A stretch of 64,000 bases of DNA from Deltaproteobacteria bacterium. GTDB lineage: Bacteria > Myxococcota_A > Polyangia > Fen-1088. The stretch's first letter is position 1. Each line of letters starts with the position of its first letter. The translations under genes and the position numbers were made by a program. Shown here piece after piece: positions 56,472 to 64,000 of this stretch. The notes beneath the pieces were generated by a model. The model did no database searches. It had not been told where the DNA came from and worked only from the letters and a program-made list of their open reading frames with translations. The stretch covers positions 192,001 to 256,000 of the forward strand of contig JANRKS010000002.1 in the NCBI GenBank assembly GCA_033763315.1. The letters are read 5' to 3'.

Positions 56472-56651
56472 CTAAGCGACGATGGAGATCGTGGAGTCCG
56501 GATGTTTGATCCGCCGCTGCTCTTGCTGCGCAGCACCTGACTCTTCGATGAGTTTTACGGCGGCCTCGCCTTCAACCTTTTGCTGTTGCTTGGCCTTCAC
56601 CAGCACTTCAGCATCATAACTCGTGGGTCCTGAAACGGCGTCGATGGGCAT
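56472..56651 (-). CDS. Small 59-aa protein, YjfB/motility-protein-like (not in ORF track)
   Basis: MPIDAVSGPTSYDAEVLVKAKQQQKVEGEAAVKLIEESG...TISIVA*. Confidence 0.45.
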   Translation of the reverse strand: MPIDAVSGPTSYDAEVLVKAKQQQKVEGEAAVKLIEESGAAQQEQRRIKHPDSTISIVA

Positions 56652-56715
56652 AACTTACCCATCGGTGGGGCGAAGCTGCCGCTTGAGAGCAAAATTTGTA
56701 TAGTAAGCCACGCTA

Positions 56716-58503
56716 CTAAACGCGCGGCAGGCGGCTCGGTGGGGCGCTCAACGGCACCCTGATGGTGAAGGTGGTTCCGCGGCCCGGCGTGCTCGTGACC
56801 TCGACCGTTCCGTCGTGATCTTCAACGGCCCGTGCCACCGTCGCCAGCCCCAGCCCCGTGCCCGCCTTCTTACCTTTGGTAAAAAACGGTTCGAAGATGT
56901 GCTCTTGATCCGCATGCGTGATGCCCACGCCTGTATCCATCACGCTCAACGTGGCTTCACGTCCGCCGCTCGTAAGTTCCTCTGCGCCCAGCACCACGGT
57001 GATCTTTCCGCCTGACTCCATGGCTTCGTCCGCGTTGCGCAGCAGGTTCCACAACACTTGGCGCAATTGCCCCGCAGATCCCTTCACGTAGATGTCGGGG
57101 TCAATGGCCAGTTGCAGCTCAAGCGCCTTGTTTTTCGTGCCTGAGCGGAAGGCCTTGCACACTTCCTCCACCAATTCGCTTAAAGCAATCGTGCTGCGTT
57201 CGTTGCTTGGCGGGCGCGCGTAATCAAGCATGGCGGTGATCAGCTCGTTAAGTCGATCCACTTCTCTCACCGTGATGTCGATGAGCTTCTTGGTGTCGTC
57301 GTCCGCTTCAGGCAACGTACGCAGGATTTCAACTGAACCTGAAATGCTGGCCAGAGGATTGCGGATCTCGTGTGCCACGCCGGCCGCCAATCGGCCGATG
57401 CTGGCCAAGCGCTCGGACCGTTGCACAGCGACTTCCATGCGACGCAGCTCTGTTAGATCCTGAAAGTGGATCACGCGGCCGATCACACGACCTGTGTGAT
57501 CCGAAAGCGGCATGGCCGACACACCCAGGCGTCGCACAGCGCCATCGGGCCGCATGGCGTCCACTTCTTGTCGCCGCACGTTGCCCACCAAGCCCACCTC
57601 ATCAAGCAACGCCGACAAACCGGGCACGTGAAAGGCCAAGGCTTGCCCCAGACCAGCTTTGCGAGAAACGCCTAGGATCTCGCACGCCGCCTCATTGATT
57701 GAAGTAATTACGCCTTCTCTATCGACCGTCACCAGGCCTGAAGATAAGCAACGAATCGTGTTCTCATGCAACGACGCCAAGTCGCCAGCGTATTGCTCGT
57801 GCTTTTGCAACCGTTCGCCCGCCTCACGTGACTGTGCTGACAACGACAAGCCCAAGGCACCAACTGCAAACACGCCCGCCAGGTTCAACACCAAGCGAAA
57901 TAACAGTTCACGCCGTGACACATCCCAAGGCGCCAAGCTTTGCCCCGGCACTTCCGGCAGCCACTGCAAATACCCAGCAAGCGAGACTGCCAAAAGCGCC
58001 GCCGCCGCCGTGGCCGCCACCCACAAGGCGCCCCGCCGCGCCGGCAGCAAGGCCACCGCCACAATGTCTATGAGATAGAGGAAGTGAAAGCCGCTCTGAA
58101 CGCCACCCGTGCCATGCACCAGCACCGAAACGAACAGCAAGTCGATGCCGATTTGCACATAAGCAAACCGCAGCAGGTTCTTGATCCACGGCAGCACCAG
58201 GCCATAGCCCAGGCTCACGCTGTACGTGGCTACCAACAGGGTCAGGGCAAAACGCCCGCCAGGCCCCGTGAGCGTCTCACTCGTGCCGTTGACCAGTGCC
58301 ACCGCCACCAACGCGCCCAGCAGCAAAGTTGCCAGGCCCACGCGGAACAACATCAAATAGATGACGGTGCGCCGGGCTTCGAGCCGTCGCGTATCCACGA
58401 CAGCGTCGTCCACGGTGGAGACGCTGTCACCGGTTGCTGACAGCGGGCTCATGGCGCGCGGCCGTTGTGGCTCACGCGCCTCATGCTCCTTGGGTACCGC
58501 CAC
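56716..58503 (-). CDS. pilS: PilS-type sensor histidine kinase
   Basis: TM region, PAS domain, AHEIRNPL, HATPase (NLLRNA, DTGVGI, GTGLGL); follows pilC. Confidence 0.85.
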   Translation of the reverse strand: MAVPKEHEAREPQRPRAMSPLSATGDSVSTVDDAVVDTRRLEARRTVIYLMLFRVGLATLLLGALVAVALVNGTSETLTGPGGRFALTLLVATYSVSLGYGLVLPWIKNLLRFAYVQIGIDLLFVSVLVHGTGGVQSGFHFLYLIDIVAVALLPARRGALWVAATAAAALLAVSLAGYLQWLPEVPGQSLAPWDVSRRELLFRLVLNLAGVFAVGALGLSLSAQSREAGERLQKHEQYAGDLASLHENTIRCLSSGLVTVDREGVITSINEAACEILGVSRKAGLGQALAFHVPGLSALLDEVGLVGNVRRQEVDAMRPDGAVRRLGVSAMPLSDHTGRVIGRVIHFQDLTELRRMEVAVQRSERLASIGRLAAGVAHEIRNPLASISGSVEILRTLPEADDDTKKLIDITVREVDRLNELITAMLDYARPPSNERSTIALSELVEEVCKAFRSGTKNKALELQLAIDPDIYVKGSAGQLRQVLWNLLRNADEAMESGGKITVVLGAEELTSGGREATLSVMDTGVGITHADQEHIFEPFFTKGKKAGTGLGLATVARAVEDHDGTVEVTSTPGRGTTFTIRVPLSAPPSRLPRV

Positions 58504-58512
58504 GGCGGCAGC

Positions 58513-59727
58513 TTACCCAGCTTTGATGTTGCCGGCCATCTCGAACACCGGCATGTACATGGCCAAAACCAGGCCACCGATCACGGTTCCCAGCACCACC
58601 ATGATCATCGGTTCGAGCAAGCTGGTCATCGACCCCACCGCCACGTCCACCTCTTCCTCGTAAAAATCGGCGATCTTGTTCAACATGTTGTCGAGCGCGC
58701 CCGTTTGCTCACCAACCGAGATCATTTGCACGACCATCGGCGGCATCAAGCCCGTTTCCATGAGCGGCGTCGCCATGTCCTTACCCTCAGAGATCTTGGT
58801 GCGCGTGAACATCAGGCCTTCTTGCACGATCACGTTCCCCGCGGTCTTGCCCACGATTTCCATCGCTTCGAGAATCGGCACGCCTGAGGCCAGCAAGGTG
58901 CCCATCGTGCGGGTAAAACGCGCCACAACCACTTTGCGAATCACGCCGCCGATCACCGGCAGCTTCAGAACGATTTGATCGAAGGTGCGTCGCCCTCTGG
59001 GCGTGCTCAAGGCGTACCTCCAACCGATGAAGGCCGCGATGCCGCCCACAATCAGGTAGGGCAAGTTCGTGATCATCGCGTGTGAAATATCGATGACGAA
59101 CTGAGTGGGTGCGGGCAGCTTCCCACCACCAAACTCTTTAAACATCTTCTCGAAAACGGGAATGACCTGCGTAAGAAGAACCACAACAACGATGGCCGAA
59201 ATACCCAAAACAGCTATCGGGTAAGTCATGGCGCCTTTGACCCGGCGCTTGAGCTTGGTGGCTTTCTCCATGTACTGGGACAAGCGCTGCAAGATCGTAT
59301 CTAAGATACCGCCCACCTCACCCGCGGCGACCAGGTTGATGAACAATTGGTCGAAGATCTTGGGGTGCTTCTTGAGGGAATCGGACAGCGTCAAACCACC
59401 TTCCACGCCACCTTTGACTTGTGTCAGCACTTTGCCGAAAGCCTTGTTTTCGGCTTGGCTAGATAAAATGTCGAGGCACTGCACGATCGGCAAGCCAGCG
59501 TCGATCATGGTGGCGAACAAGCGCGTGAAAATGACGATGTCGGCCGTCTTCACCCCGGAGCCAAAGGAAAACGAAAACTGTTTCGCCTGCTTTTTGATGC
59601 TCACGGGCGTCAGCATTTGAAGCTTCAGCTTCTCTTGCACCGCCTCTTCGCTCTCGGCCTCGATGAGGCCCTTTTTGATCTCGCCGCTGCGTGCCCTGGC
59701 CTCGTATAAATATGCCGCGTTTGCCAT
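58513..59727 (-). CDS. pilC: Type IV pilus platform protein PilC
   Basis: FTRLFATMIDAGLP, AGEVGGILD and GEQTGALD...SLLEP. Confidence 0.95.
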   Translation of the reverse strand: MANAAYLYEARARSGEIKKGLIEAESEEAVQEKLKLQMLTPVSIKKQAKQFSFSFGSGVKTADIVIFTRLFATMIDAGLPIVQCLDILSSQAENKAFGKVLTQVKGGVEGGLTLSDSLKKHPKIFDQLFINLVAAGEVGGILDTILQRLSQYMEKATKLKRRVKGAMTYPIAVLGISAIVVVVLLTQVIPVFEKMFKEFGGGKLPAPTQFVIDISHAMITNLPYLIVGGIAAFIGWRYALSTPRGRRTFDQIVLKLPVIGGVIRKVVVARFTRTMGTLLASGVPILEAMEIVGKTAGNVIVQEGLMFTRTKISEGKDMATPLMETGLMPPMVVQMISVGEQTGALDNMLNKIADFYEEEVDVAVGSMTSLLEPMIMVVLGTVIGGLVLAMYMPVFEMAGNIKAG

Positions 59728-59733
59728 GATGCT

Positions 59734-60867
59734 TTACAGCCTCCCCATGGGTCTGCCGGACCCCGCTCCCGGCTGAATGCCGCCGTTGGCAATGATCTGT
59801 TCCAGCTCGCCCGGATCGGAGCTGTGGGTCACCGCCTCTTCGAGGGTGACCCTGCGCGTGAGATACAAGGTCGCCAGCGCTTGATTCAACGTCTGCATGC
59901 CCGTCTTGCCCTGGCCGATTTGCATTTGCGAGTAGAGCTGATGAATCTTGTCCTCGCGGATCAGATTTCGTATGGCCGCGTTCGGGATCATCACCTCCAC
60001 GGCCGGCACACGGCCGCGTCCCGTGGCGTGCGGCAGCAGCGATTGGCTGATCACACCTTCAAGCACGAACGAAAGCTGCGTGCGGATCTGCGATTGTTGG
60101 TTCGACGGAAACACGTCGATGATGCGGTTGATGGTTTGGATCGCACTGTTGGTATGCAACGTGGCGAACACCAAGTGTCCCGTTTCGGCCGTGGTCAGGG
60201 CCGCTTCAATCGTCTCAAGATCGCGCAACTCACCCACCAGCACCACGTCTGGGTCTTGACGCAGAATATATTTCAAAGCGGCTTTGAAACTACGTGTGTC
60301 GCCGCCGATCTCGCGCTGATTCACGAGGCAACTTTTGTGTGAGTGCAGATACTCAATCGGATCTTCGATCGTCATGATGTGCTCATGGCGCTCGGTGTTG
60401 ATCTTATCGATCATGGCTGCCAGCGTAGTTGACTTCCCGGAACCCGTGGGGCCCGTCACCAGCACCATGCCTCGTGGTTTCTGGCACAACTCTTCCACCA
60501 CGCTCGGCAAGCCAAGCTCGGCGCACGTCATAATCTTGAACGGAATTGTGCGGAAGGCCGCGCCCACCGCCCCACGCTGCATGAACAAGTTGGCGCGAAA
60601 GCGAGCCACGTTGCGCACGCCAAACGAGAAATCCAATTCCTGTTCTTCTTCAAAACGCAGCTTCTGGGCGTCTGTGAGCACCGAATACGCGAGCTGCTTG
60701 CTTTCAACGGGGCCAAGCGGTGGCAAGCGTAAGGGAACCAGCGCTCCATCGATGCGCAGCTGCGGCGGCGTCCCGGTGGAAAGGTGCAAATCCGATGCAC
60801 CTTGTTCCACCATGGCTTTGAGCAGCTGTTGGAGGTTGACTTGTAGGGGAGGGGCGTTGGCTGCCAT
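59734..60867 (-). CDS. pilT: Type IV pilus retraction ATPase PilT
   Basis: ASDLH, GPTGSGKSTT, LRQDPD, AETGHLVFATLHT and AIRNLIRE. Confidence 0.96.
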   Translation of the reverse strand: MAANAPPLQVNLQQLLKAMVEQGASDLHLSTGTPPQLRIDGALVPLRLPPLGPVESKQLAYSVLTDAQKLRFEEEQELDFSFGVRNVARFRANLFMQRGAVGAAFRTIPFKIMTCAELGLPSVVEELCQKPRGMVLVTGPTGSGKSTTLAAMIDKINTERHEHIMTIEDPIEYLHSHKSCLVNQREIGGDTRSFKAALKYILRQDPDVVLVGELRDLETIEAALTTAETGHLVFATLHTNSAIQTINRIIDVFPSNQQSQIRTQLSFVLEGVISQSLLPHATGRGRVPAVEVMIPNAAIRNLIREDKIHQLYSQMQIGQGKTGMQTLNQALATLYLTRRVTLEEAVTHSSDPGELEQIIANGGIQPGAGSGRPMGRL

Positions 60868-60878
60868 CGGTTGGATTC

Positions 60879-62588
60879 CTAATCGCCTGCGGTGACGCGA
60901 ACCACTTCGTCCAAGGTCGTGAGACCCTTCGCGACTTTTAACAGCGCAGACATGCGCAACGTCTTCATGCCAAGGCGCACCGCTTCCGCCTTGAGTTCAG
61001 CCGCGGAAGAGCCTTGAAGCACCAGCTCTTTGATGGGCTCTTTGACCGATAGAATCTCATACACAGCCAAACGGCCTTTGTAGCCCGAGCCACCGCACAC
61101 TTTGCAGCCTTGGCCTTTGCCGGCGAAACACGTGGCGGTGTCGATCAATTCATCCCAGCCGCCGAGGGCTTTGAAACGATCTTTGGGCGTGGGTACGGGC
61201 TCTTTGCAGTCCGCACAAGCTTTGCGAACCAAGCGTTGCGCCTCCACCAAGTTCAAAGACGCCGTTACCAAGAACGGCTCGATGCCCATGTTCAAAAGAC
61301 GCGTGACAGTCGAAGTGGCGTCGTTGGTGTGCAAAGTGGAAAGCACGCGGTGACCGGTCAGCGCCGCCTTCACCGCGATTTCAGCGGTCTCGAAATCACG
61401 AATTTCGCCGATCATGATCGTGTCTGGATCCTGGCGCAAAAACGAGCGCAGGGCGGCGGCGAAGTTGAGGCCGATCGATTCTTGCATCTGCACTTGGTTG
61501 ATGCCGGGCAAGTTGAACTCAACCGGGTCTTCAGCCGTGCTGATGTTCTCGTCGGGGCTGTTCAACTCTTGTAGCGCAGAATAAAGCGTGGTGGTTTTAC
61601 CGGAGCCCGTGGGGCCCGTAACCAGCATCATGCCGTACGGCAGTTTGATCGCGTCTTTGAACTCTTTTAGCTGGTCTGTTTCGAAACCAAGCTTCGTCAT
61701 GTCCAGCTGCAAGTTGCCCTTGTCGAGCAAACGCATAACGATTTTCTCGCCGAACAGCGTGGGCAGCACGGACACACGAAAATCCATCTCTTTGCCGCCC
61801 GCGATCTTAAGCTTGATACGGCCGTCCTGGGGCAGACGGCGCTCGGCGATGTCGAGGCGTGACATGATCTTCACACGTGACGACAAGGCGGCTTTCAAGC
61901 CCAGCGGGATCTGCATCACCTCACGCAACACGCCGTCTGTACGCAACCTGACGCGGTAGCTTTTCTCGTACGGCTCGATGTGAATGTCGGACGACTTGAG
62001 CTCAATCGCTTGCATCAAGATGTGGTTCGTCAACCGGATGACCGGCGCGTCCTCCGACATCTTTTCAAGGTCCACCGCCTTGATGTCGTCTTCCTTGTCG
62101 CTTTCGACTTGGATCGAAGCTTCGATCTCCGACATCAACGATTCGATTTCGACGCTGTACTGCTTCTTTTGCTCGTAGTACTTCGTGATCGCTTCGTCGA
62201 TGGCCACGTCCGAGGCCACAACAACTTCGATGTTGTAGCCCGTGAGGAACTTGAGGTCGTCGATCGCCAGAATGTTGGCAGGGTCGGCCATCGCCACGAT
62301 AAGCGCTTGGCCCGAACGGTTCACGGGAATCACGCGGTGCCGGGTGACCACGTCCTTCGGAATAAGGGCAATGATCGACGGCTCAACATCGAACTCCGTC
62401 AGGTTGATCGCCGGCACCCCGTACTGACGGGATAGAAAATGCGTTAGATCCTCTTCTTGGATCGCGCCCAGCTTCACCAAGCTGTGCCCGATGCGCTCGC
62501 CAGATTTGCGGCTTTCTTCCTGTGCCAGTTCCAACTGCTCGGCCGAGATCAGTTGGTCACGCAACAATAATTCACCTAATCGGCTCAT
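60879..62588 (-). CDS. pilB: Type IV pilus assembly ATPase PilB
   Basis: RLGELL MshEN-like N-terminus; SDIHIEP, RLPQDGR, GPTGSGKTTT; tetra-Cys motif; GYKGR. Confidence 0.96.
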   Translation of the reverse strand: MSRLGELLLRDQLISAEQLELAQEESRKSGERIGHSLVKLGAIQEEDLTHFLSRQYGVPAINLTEFDVEPSIIALIPKDVVTRHRVIPVNRSGQALIVAMADPANILAIDDLKFLTGYNIEVVVASDVAIDEAITKYYEQKKQYSVEIESLMSEIEASIQVESDKEDDIKAVDLEKMSEDAPVIRLTNHILMQAIELKSSDIHIEPYEKSYRVRLRTDGVLREVMQIPLGLKAALSSRVKIMSRLDIAERRLPQDGRIKLKIAGGKEMDFRVSVLPTLFGEKIVMRLLDKGNLQLDMTKLGFETDQLKEFKDAIKLPYGMMLVTGPTGSGKTTTLYSALQELNSPDENISTAEDPVEFNLPGINQVQMQESIGLNFAAALRSFLRQDPDTIMIGEIRDFETAEIAVKAALTGHRVLSTLHTNDATSTVTRLLNMGIEPFLVTASLNLVEAQRLVRKACADCKEPVPTPKDRFKALGGWDELIDTATCFAGKGQGCKVCGGSGYKGRLAVYEILSVKEPIKELVLQGSSAAELKAEAVRLGMKTLRMSALLKVAKGLTTLDEVVRVTAGD

Positions 62589-62744
62589 GAACCCCCCAAA
62601 GCCGGTCGTCAGAAGTACGACGACCCTTTAGCCCTGTGCTGTTCGAGGGTTAGGGCAGCCGCCCTGCCGAAAGGGCAGCCACAGCCACGTCGAGCGGGCG
62701 TGGCTACGGCGCGGTGCGCGTGAGTTCGGAAGCGGGCGGGGGGA

Positions 62745-63125
62745 TCAAGAGCTGAGCCAGGCCCCGAACGCCACGGAGGCCAGCACCAACGACACGAGTT
62801 GCCACGTCGTTACCGTTCGCCTCCGGTTCGCGTGCGCGCGGAGTTGAGGCCACAAATGCGGGGGGAACAGCGGCTTTTTGTGCGCCGCCGCCAACGCCGC
62901 CATGCCCGTGGGGGCGGCCACCACCAACGCGTGCGGAGCGGGCGACCCGCGGGTGGGCAAATCCATCGTGGTGCTTTCCAAGATTTGCGCGTCGGCGGTT
63001 GGGTTTGTGCGGTCCTCGGGCGGACCCACCAACTTTTGATCGTCTTGATCGTCGAAGGGAACTGAGGCAATCACGGTCCGGTCTTCGGTGTCCATCACAG
63101 CGGCGCCCATATTAGCCCTAACCAT
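62745..63125 (-). CDS. Hypothetical protein with C-terminal TM helix (start uncertain)
   Basis: Acidic N-terminal half and WQLVSLVLASVAFGAWL C-terminus. Confidence 0.35.
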   Translation of the reverse strand: MVRANMGAAVMDTEDRTVIASVPFDDQDDQKLVGPPEDRTNPTADAQILESTTMDLPTRGSPAPHALVVAAPTGMAALAAAHKKPLFPPHLWPQLRAHANRRRTVTTWQLVSLVLASVAFGAWLSS

Positions 63126-63252
63126 CTCGCTTTCTCCACGCGTTTTTACCAGGTGTTTGACAGGGACCACGTGGCTCCCTATATCGTGAAGCCCCGTGAA
63201 ACGCCCCCCACCCGGTCCTCCGCAGCAACGCTTCCCCGCCGTTCGACGCCCC

Positions 63253-64000
63253 ATGCGCGACGGGGCGCCTCCCCAAGCCCGCGCCCGCGGTGTGAAAGTG
63301 CGTGAAGGCCAATACCGTCTGAACGATGACGTGGCCCGACGGGTCGAACTGGGCCACCCATGGATCTTCCGTGAGGCGGTGGGCCGGCCTGTGACCGAGC
63401 CGACGGGGGCGGTGGTGGAGGTCATCGCTGGAAACCGCGAATTCTTAGGCCGCGGTTTCGTCGATCAAGACCATCCCGTTGCGATCCGCATGTTGAGTCG
63501 ATCGCCCGGCGAAGCTGTGCAGCCTGGCGCCGGTACGATCGCGAGACGGTTCAAAGACGCCGTACAGGCGCGCTGGATGCTGTTCGGGGCCAACAAGCCC
63601 CAAGCGATGCGCCTGTTCACAGGTGACAGCGAAGGTTTGCCGGGCGTCACAGTGGATCGTTATGGCGATTTTGTTCTGGTGCAGTGGCTATCGGCCGGTG
63701 TGCTGCCCTGGCGCGATGAACTGCTCGACGCCATCGAAAGCAGCGTCAGGCCGCGCGGCATTTATGAGCAACGCCGGTTGCGGCCGCTTGGCGGTCAAGC
63801 GGCGCCTGAAGCCGCCGTCCGTGCGCGCGGCGAAGAAGCCCCGCTTGAGATCGTGATTGAAGAATCAGGTGCCAAGATCGCCGTGGATGTGACCGCACCG
63901 TTGGGCGTGGGAATGTTCCCCGACCTGCGTTTGGGGCGAGACGCCGTGGCCGCACGCGCGCAAGGCCGCCGCGTGGCGAACTTGTTTTCCTACACGGGCG
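63253..64000 (+). CDS. RlmI-like class I SAM-dependent rRNA methyltransferase (runs off the window)
   Basis: GHPWIFRE PUA-like motif; RLFTGDSEGLPGVTVDRYG; GMFPDLR; RRVANLFSYTG. Confidence 0.85.
   Translation, partial: MRDGAPPQARARGVKVREGQYRLNDDVARRVELGHPWIFREAVGRPVTEPTGAVVEVIAGNREFLGRGFVDQDHPVAIRMLSRSPGEAVQPGAGTIARRFKDAVQARWMLFGANKPQAMRLFTGDSEGLPGVTVDRYGDFVLVQWLSAGVLPWRDELLDAIESSVRPRGIYEQRRLRPLGGQAAPEAAVRARGEEAPLEIVIEESGAKIAVDVTAPLGVGMFPDLRLGRDAVAARAQGRRVANLFSYTG

Overview
High-GC DNA, most likely from a myxobacterium/Myxococcota (inferred from the pilB-pilT-pilC-pilS order and the lipoprotein and TonB-receptor styles). Positions 1 to ~56.3 kb look like the right part of a large genomic island that ends in a tyrosine integrase abutting the 3' end of tRNA-Gly(CCC). 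I found no second att site in the window. Core genes follow (pilS, pilC, pilT, pilB, an rlmI-like methyltransferase). Island cargo: (i) a complete selenocysteine machinery (selA, selB, tRNA-Sec, flavoprotein-fused selD) and a hidden client selenoprotein. The ORF track splits this client at an in-frame UGA (F-U-P-I-C followed by a SECIS-like hairpin), and it sits in a cluster of extracytoplasmic thioredoxin-fold, rhodanese and cytochrome genes. (ii) A MerR plus thioredoxin-MerC module with operator and no merA in the window. (iii) A two-gene bacterial ubiquitin-like conjugation locus: a Ubl-Ubl-E2 polyprotein in which both Ubls end in SSPPADYG, plus a JAB-E1 fusion. (iv) Three IS elements with identifiable ends and target duplications: one splits an ArsR gene, and two nested IS21 elements split a lipoprotein gene. 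All calls come from reading motifs by eye; no database searches were run.
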